Assembly (NCBI GenBank): GCA_045863295.1
Contig: BTWA01000010.1
Coordinates: 96,001 to 160,000 of the forward strand
Source: Candidatus Hydrogenedentota bacterium
GTDB lineage: Bacteria > Hydrogenedentota > Hydrogenedentia > Hydrogenedentales > SLHB01
Length of the DNA stretch: 64,000 bases
Direction of reading: 5' to 3'
In this document: positions 59,153 to 64,000 of the stretch, piece by piece
Layout: each line of letters begins with the position of its first letter
How positions within the stretch are numbered: the first letter of the stretch is position 1
Position numbers and translations under genes: made by a program
The notes under the pieces: generated by a model
The model's database searches: none
What the model was told of the DNA's origin: nothing
The model's input: only the letters and a program-made list of their open reading frames with translations

Positions 59153-60514
59153 ATGTTTCCACGAGATCGCAGACGAGTTGTCATTGTTGCCGTGACCGTG
59201 CTTTGCATCGCGTCCGCATGGGCCGCGCCCAGCAAGGAAGGCAATCCGCGGCTGATGCAGGGTCCGATGATCGGATGGGTAGCGCCGGATTCGGCCACGA
59301 TCTGGGTGCGTGCGAGCGGACCGTTCGAGTGTTCGATCGAGTATGCGGAAGACGAGCGTTTCAGCGAGCCGAAGAAAACGGATCCGGTAGTGGCGACGAA
59401 GGCCAACGATTATTGCCTGACGATTTCGATTTCGGGATTAAAACCCGGGACCCGTTATTACTACCGGCCTTATGTGCAGGGCGCCATTGCGCGCAATCTC
59501 TCCGGGTTTCCCGCGTTCTCCTTCAAAACCGCGCCCGCACCGGGAGAGAAGTCTAAATTCACGGTCAGCTTCGGTTCGTGTGCGCGCGTGCAACAGGATC
59601 CCGTGCAACCTATTTGGCAGGCCGTACAATCGATTCATCCGGATTTGTTCTTCTGGGTGGGGGACAATATCTATGGCGATGCGCTCGATCCCGATATTCT
59701 CGCGGAAGAATACCGCAAACAGCGCGATGTTCCGGCGTTTTTCCCTCTGTTGCACTCGGTGCCCCAACTGGCGGTCTGGGATGACCATGACTTCGGTCTG
59801 AACGATCACGATCGCACGCATCCCGGCAAGGCGGAAGCGCTGACCGTGTTCAAGCAGTACTGGCCGAATCCGGCGTATGGAACCGCCGATACGCCTGGTG
59901 TTTTCTTCTCGTATCGCTATGGCGGCGTCGATTTCATCTTTCTAGATTGCCGCTACCACCGGGATCCCAATTCTGATCCCGATACTCCGCAGAAAACGTT
60001 TCTCGGAAAAGGCCAGTTGGCGTGGCTGCAAGAGACGTTGAAAACCAGTACGGCGCCATTCAAGGTCATCACGTCGGGGAGCGGATTCAACAATCAAAAG
60101 GGCGAAGGCGGCGATTCCTGGGCGGCGTATCTGCATGAGCGCGACGCGTTGTTCAACTTTATTCGCGATGAAAAAGTGAACGGTGTCCTGCTCCTTTCAG
60201 GCGACACACATTACGGCGAGCTGAATTGCATTCCTTGGTCTGAAAAGGGCGGGTACGACCTGTATGAACTGGTCAGTTCGCCTCTGGCGCAAACTGCATC
60301 CAGCGGCGGCCGCACTCCGGAGATGCGGATCCGCCGGCCTGTGACCAACGCCAGCAATGCGGGGATTCTCGAATTCGACATGACCGGCGATGTGCCTACG
60401 GTGACGCTGAATATGATCAATCATTTTGGGCGCCTGACGTGGTCGCCGGTCGTCATTCGCGCGGACGAGTTGGTGAACGGGGTGGTGTCGTATACCGGCA
60501 AGAGGGAGGAGTAG
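59153..60514 (+). CDS. phoD: alkaline phosphatase D-family protein
   Basis: Signal peptide; FGSC, GDNIY, WDDHD, LDCRY, SGDTH. Confidence 0.9.
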   Translation: MFPRDRRRVVIVAVTVLCIASAWAAPSKEGNPRLMQGPMIGWVAPDSATIWVRASGPFECSIEYAEDERFSEPKKTDPVVATKANDYCLTISISGLKPGTRYYYRPYVQGAIARNLSGFPAFSFKTAPAPGEKSKFTVSFGSCARVQQDPVQPIWQAVQSIHPDLFFWVGDNIYGDALDPDILAEEYRKQRDVPAFFPLLHSVPQLAVWDDHDFGLNDHDRTHPGKAEALTVFKQYWPNPAYGTADTPGVFFSYRYGGVDFIFLDCRYHRDPNSDPDTPQKTFLGKGQLAWLQETLKTSTAPFKVITSGSGFNNQKGEGGDSWAAYLHERDALFNFIRDEKVNGVLLLSGDTHYGELNCIPWSEKGGYDLYELVSSPLAQTASSGGRTPEMRIRRPVTNASNAGILEFDMTGDVPTVTLNMINHFGRLTWSPVVIRADELVNGVVSYTGKREE

Positions 60515-60538
60515 ACGCGACATCGGGACGCGTCTACT
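60510..60538. repeat. REP-derived palindrome joining two convergent stop codons
   Basis: agtagacgcg-acatcggga-cgcgtctact, 10-bp perfect stem. Confidence 0.7.
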
Positions 60539-61454
60539 AGTGCCTTTCCAGCCACTGGGTGCCTGCGGCGGGCAGGTCTTCGTGGCCGCCTTCGAAGATC
60601 GTGATGCGGGCTTTGTTGGCGTAGCGGCGGAGGTAGATCGTGCGGCCGTAGGTATTGTCCTGTTCTTCCTGTGTGGACAGGAATTCGCATTTGGCCAGGA
60701 GATCGCGTTCGGCCTTGGAGACTACCGGCAGGCCCTGATCCTCGGCGAGGGCATTGAACGCGAAGATGGCGTGATGCACGCCGATGCCTTTGGGTTGGCC
60801 GTCACGGATGCCGTGGGAGATGTCGAGGGGGATGGCATTCGCGTTGGCGATGTGAAATAGGGGCGATCGCTTTTTCAGTTCTTCAGCGGCGGCGTTGGAG
60901 CCTTCGGGTTTGCCGCCGGCGATCTTTTCGAGGTGGCGATAGACTTTTGATCCGGCGTCGACGCATTCCTGGTACCACCGCACGAGATCGGTGGGGGCAC
61001 ACCATGCGGAGACCGCCGCCCATCGAACGGGCGCGTGTGCGGCCATCATGAGGGCCATGTGTGCGCCGCCGGACACACCGGCGAGATAGATTCGCCGCTC
61101 ATCTACTTTGGCGAATTTGCACGCGTAGTCCACTGCATCCAGCACGTCCTGTTTGGCGATATCCGACGCGCAGGCGTCGGCGTGCTTGTTGGGACCGCGG
61201 AAGTGGGGTGCGATGAAGTGCCACTGGCGGTTGATGGCCTCCGCGCGCCAGCGGCGCGAATCGGTGTCGTAGCCGTGACGCCATGGGTGGAGATAGACCA
61301 GCAGGGGCGCGGCCTCACGTCGGAGGGATTCTTTCCAGAGGCAGGGCTGCTTCGAGCCGTCCACCGTGCTGCGCACGTGGATGGTGAGCTTATCGGCTTC
61401 CGGATCGCGATCATCCGACTGCTTCAGACCAAGAAGACGCAGGAATTTTTTCAT
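60537..61454 (-). CDS. alpha/beta-hydrolase (S9/esterase-like)
   Basis: LHPW, GVSGG nucleophile, HGIRD, FEGGH. Confidence 0.85.
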   Translation of the reverse strand: MKKFLRLLGLKQSDDRDPEADKLTIHVRSTVDGSKQPCLWKESLRREAAPLLVYLHPWRHGYDTDSRRWRAEAINRQWHFIAPHFRGPNKHADACASDIAKQDVLDAVDYACKFAKVDERRIYLAGVSGGAHMALMMAAHAPVRWAAVSAWCAPTDLVRWYQECVDAGSKVYRHLEKIAGGKPEGSNAAAEELKKRSPLFHIANANAIPLDISHGIRDGQPKGIGVHHAIFAFNALAEDQGLPVVSKAERDLLAKCEFLSTQEEQDNTYGRTIYLRRYANKARITIFEGGHEDLPAAGTQWLERH

Positions 61455-61480
61455 GGGGGGCGTGGATCCAGTTTGTCGCT

Positions 61481-62134
61481 TTATTTTGATCGCGCGGCCT
61501 TAACCGCCGCCGCGAACTCTTGTGCGATCTTGGTCAGGCCTGCATAGTCCTTGGCGGCCATCAATTTCTTGCTGACAAGATTGCCGCCCGCGCCCAAGGC
61601 ACTTGCACCCGCGTCGAGGAACGGCTTGATGGTGTCGAGGTCGACACCGCCTGTGGGCACGATGGGCAGATGGGGCAGCGGCCCTTTGATCGCCTTCAGG
61701 TATTCGGGGCCACCCACGTTGGCGGGAAACAGTTTGACCATGTCCGAGCCGGCCTCGTATGCCGTGAGCAACTCCGTGGGCGTGTATCCACCCGCGACGA
61801 CGGGCACGCCATAGCGGCGCGCGGTTTGAATCACTTCCAGCGAGAGCGTGGGCGTGACGACAAATTGCGCGCCCGCGAGGATGGCCATGCGGCACGTGGC
61901 TCCGTCGAGCACGGTGCCGACGCCGAGGAGCGCGTCCGCGCCTTTCAATTGCCGCGAGGCCGTCTCGATGCATTGGAGCGCGCCGGGCGTGGTCATGGTC
62001 AGTTCGATGCAATGCACGCCGCCTGCCGCGACGGCCTCAATGACTTTGACCAGTTCGTCTCCGCCGGTATCCGCGCGGACCACCGCAATGATGCACTTTT
62101 CCTGCATATAGCGAAGTGCCGTTTGCTTGTCCAT
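61481..62134 (-). CDS. eda: KDPG/KHG aldolase
   Basis: IAVVR, IELT, GVGTV, TPTE, VKLFPA, PTGGV. Confidence 0.93.
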   Translation of the reverse strand: MDKQTALRYMQEKCIIAVVRADTGGDELVKVIEAVAAGGVHCIELTMTTPGALQCIETASRQLKGADALLGVGTVLDGATCRMAILAGAQFVVTPTLSLEVIQTARRYGVPVVAGGYTPTELLTAYEAGSDMVKLFPANVGGPEYLKAIKGPLPHLPIVPTGGVDLDTIKPFLDAGASALGAGGNLVSKKLMAAKDYAGLTKIAQEFAAAVKAARSK

Positions 62135-62294
62135 TGTATTCTCCCTTTGTGCGCCTACCCCCTTGAATTCGACCACACGCGGCGATATTCAATCAAGCGG
62201 CGTGGATTCGGATTGGCCGAGGCCGTTTGTTATCATGACGCGTCAAAGGTACCAACGACCATGCGGGGCGCGGAAAGTCAGGAGGGAGCGAAAC

Positions 62295-63026
62295 ATGGCT
62301 ACCATCCGGGTGCGTGGCGTGCAGATGCGCGTTTCCGCCAAAATCGAACAGAACCTGCCGCGAATTCTGGAAAAGCTGTTTCCATGTGATGCGGATTTCG
62401 TGGCATTTCCCGAGATGTGCCTGACGGGGTACCACGGGGAATTCAGTGACAAGGCCACTCGCGCAGGGTGGGAAAAGATTGCGGCGGCCTGCCGCCAGGC
62501 GTATACGTGCGCGCTGGTGGGCACAGGTTTCAAGGACAATGGGTCCATCTACATCCAAACGCGCGTGTTTGGGGCGGACGGCACGACGGCGGGAACTTAC
62601 GAGAAGATAGTGCCCACGGAGACGGAGCGGAAGTTTTGCTCGCCGGGAAGCGAACTTCGCACATTTAAGCATGCGGGGGTTTCGTTTGGGTGTCTGATTT
62701 GCAACGATCTCTGGGTTACGCCGGGGTGCGGGCCGTATCCCGATCCCCGGTTGTCGTATCAGTTGGGCAAGAAGGGCGTGCAAGTGATCTTTCATGCCGT
62801 TCACTCCGGTACCGACCCGCGTTATTTGGAATACCACGAGTCCAATGTGCGGCTTCGGGCGAAAGAGAGCCGCGCGTACATCGTGACGGTGAACGCGGCG
62901 GACGAGCGAGGCGCGATTAATTGTCCGTCTGGCATTGTTTCGCCGGAGGGCGAATGGTTGGTGACCGTACCGCGCGAAGGCGAACATACCTTCGACTACG
63001 ATATCCAGGTGGAAATTGAAGACTAG
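62295..63026 (+). CDS. carbon-nitrogen hydrolase (nitrilase superfamily)
   Basis: E-K-C triad: FPEM, YEKI, LICND. Confidence 0.9.
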   Translation: MATIRVRGVQMRVSAKIEQNLPRILEKLFPCDADFVAFPEMCLTGYHGEFSDKATRAGWEKIAAACRQAYTCALVGTGFKDNGSIYIQTRVFGADGTTAGTYEKIVPTETERKFCSPGSELRTFKHAGVSFGCLICNDLWVTPGCGPYPDPRLSYQLGKKGVQVIFHAVHSGTDPRYLEYHESNVRLRAKESRAYIVTVNAADERGAINCPSGIVSPEGEWLVTVPREGEHTFDYDIQVEIED

Positions 63027-63046
63027 CCGGTAAAGGGACTTCATTC

Positions 63047-64000
63047 ATGAAAAATACACAGACCACGCGACGGGACTTTTTGCGCAAGGCCGGGGCGATC
63101 GGTGCGGCGGGGGCCGTTGCGGGCTGCGCCAAGGACAAGGCGGCCGCGCCGGTCGAGGTGGCCGCGGTCGCGCCTGCTCCCAAGCCCGAGGCAGTGCGGC
63201 GTGTCATTGGAGCCAACGATCGCGTGCGGTGCGCCTTTGTAGGCGTGGGGGGGCGGGGATCGAGTCTATTGAGCACGGCGCTGCGCATCAAGGACATTGA
63301 ACCAATTGCCATATGCGACACGTACGACAGCGCGCGCATGAATGCCGCGGACAAATGCAAGCAGGTTAATCCCAATATCAAGAACTACATTAAGTTCGAA
63401 GAGATGTTTGAGGCCGAGAATCTTGATGCGGTGGTTATTGCCACGCCGGACCACCTGCACGCGTCCGTGATTATGGCGGCGCTGGACCGCAAGATCGACG
63501 TGTATTGCGAGAAACCGATGACCTTTCATTGGGAAGACGCCAAGGCGATCCGCAATTGCGCCAATGAAACCGGCGCCATCGTACAAATTGGCACGCAGCT
63601 TCGCAGCACCGATATCTACAATAAAGCGCGCGAGATCGCGCAATCCGGCGAACTGGGCAAATTGATTATGGTGCAGGTGAACCGCAATGCGTGGGATGGC
63701 ATGGCCACCTACAACAAGCCGCCCGAAGGCGCTACCGCCGAGAACACGCACTGGCCACTCTTCGTACGCGATACGAAAGAATATCCGTTTGATGCGCGGC
63801 GCTACTTCCAATGGCGCCTGTTCGAGGACTATTCCAACGGCGTGACGGGCGATTTGATGCTGCACCATCTCGACATCTGCCAATACATTTCCGGGTGCGG
63901 CATGGCCGAAAGGGTGATGTCGGTTGGCGGGATTTACCACTACCACGACGGCCGCACCGTACACGACACCATGAGCGCGTTGGTAAAATTCCCGGAAGAC
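63047..64000 (+). CDS. Tat-exported Gfo/Idh/MocA oxidoreductase (runs off the window)
   Basis: Manual translation MKNTQTTRRDFLRK..., GANDRV, GVGGRG, IATPDHLH, YCEKP, QIGTQ. Confidence 0.9.
   Translation, partial: MKNTQTTRRDFLRKAGAIGAAGAVAGCAKDKAAAPVEVAAVAPAPKPEAVRRVIGANDRVRCAFVGVGGRGSSLLSTALRIKDIEPIAICDTYDSARMNAADKCKQVNPNIKNYIKFEEMFEAENLDAVVIATPDHLHASVIMAALDRKIDVYCEKPMTFHWEDAKAIRNCANETGAIVQIGTQLRSTDIYNKAREIAQSGELGKLIMVQVNRNAWDGMATYNKPPEGATAENTHWPLFVRDTKEYPFDARRYFQWRLFEDYSNGVTGDLMLHHLDICQYISGCGMAERVMSVGGIYHYHDGRTVHDTMSALVKFPED

Overview
A gene-dense 64 kb chromosomal segment (roughly 60% GC by eye) from a diderm, LPS-making bacterium. The DUF1800/DUF1501 pair, secreted hydrolases and Tat oxidoreductase give a PVC/Hydrogenedentota-like repertoire, but the taxon cannot be established from this window. 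It holds about 60 CDS. Main blocks: a nitrosative-stress/DNRA operon (hcp-Rrf2-nrfH-nrfA); a heme-copper oxidase operon; a Zrg-like metal ABC system split by a papain-fold surface protein; a long housekeeping run (rsmE, HIT, aroE, aroK, PTS-IIA/zinc-ribbon fusion, lpxA, gnnA-like, lpxB, polA, rho, trpS); PBP1A, recQ, phoD and eda. I found no rRNA, intact tRNA, CRISPR array, transposase or integrase. The strongest leads are: (1) an A-family heme-copper oxidase subunit I that keeps all metal ligands and the cross-linked Tyr but has lost key residues of both canonical proton channels; (2) a PTS EIIA fused to a C4 zinc ribbon, behind a highly structured candidate leader RNA; (3) a two-copy, double-hairpin MITE plus two further small repeat families; (4) a GNRA-looped RNA and terminator between rho and trpS with no T-box. 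All alignments and folds were done by eye against remembered reference motifs, and no searches were run.
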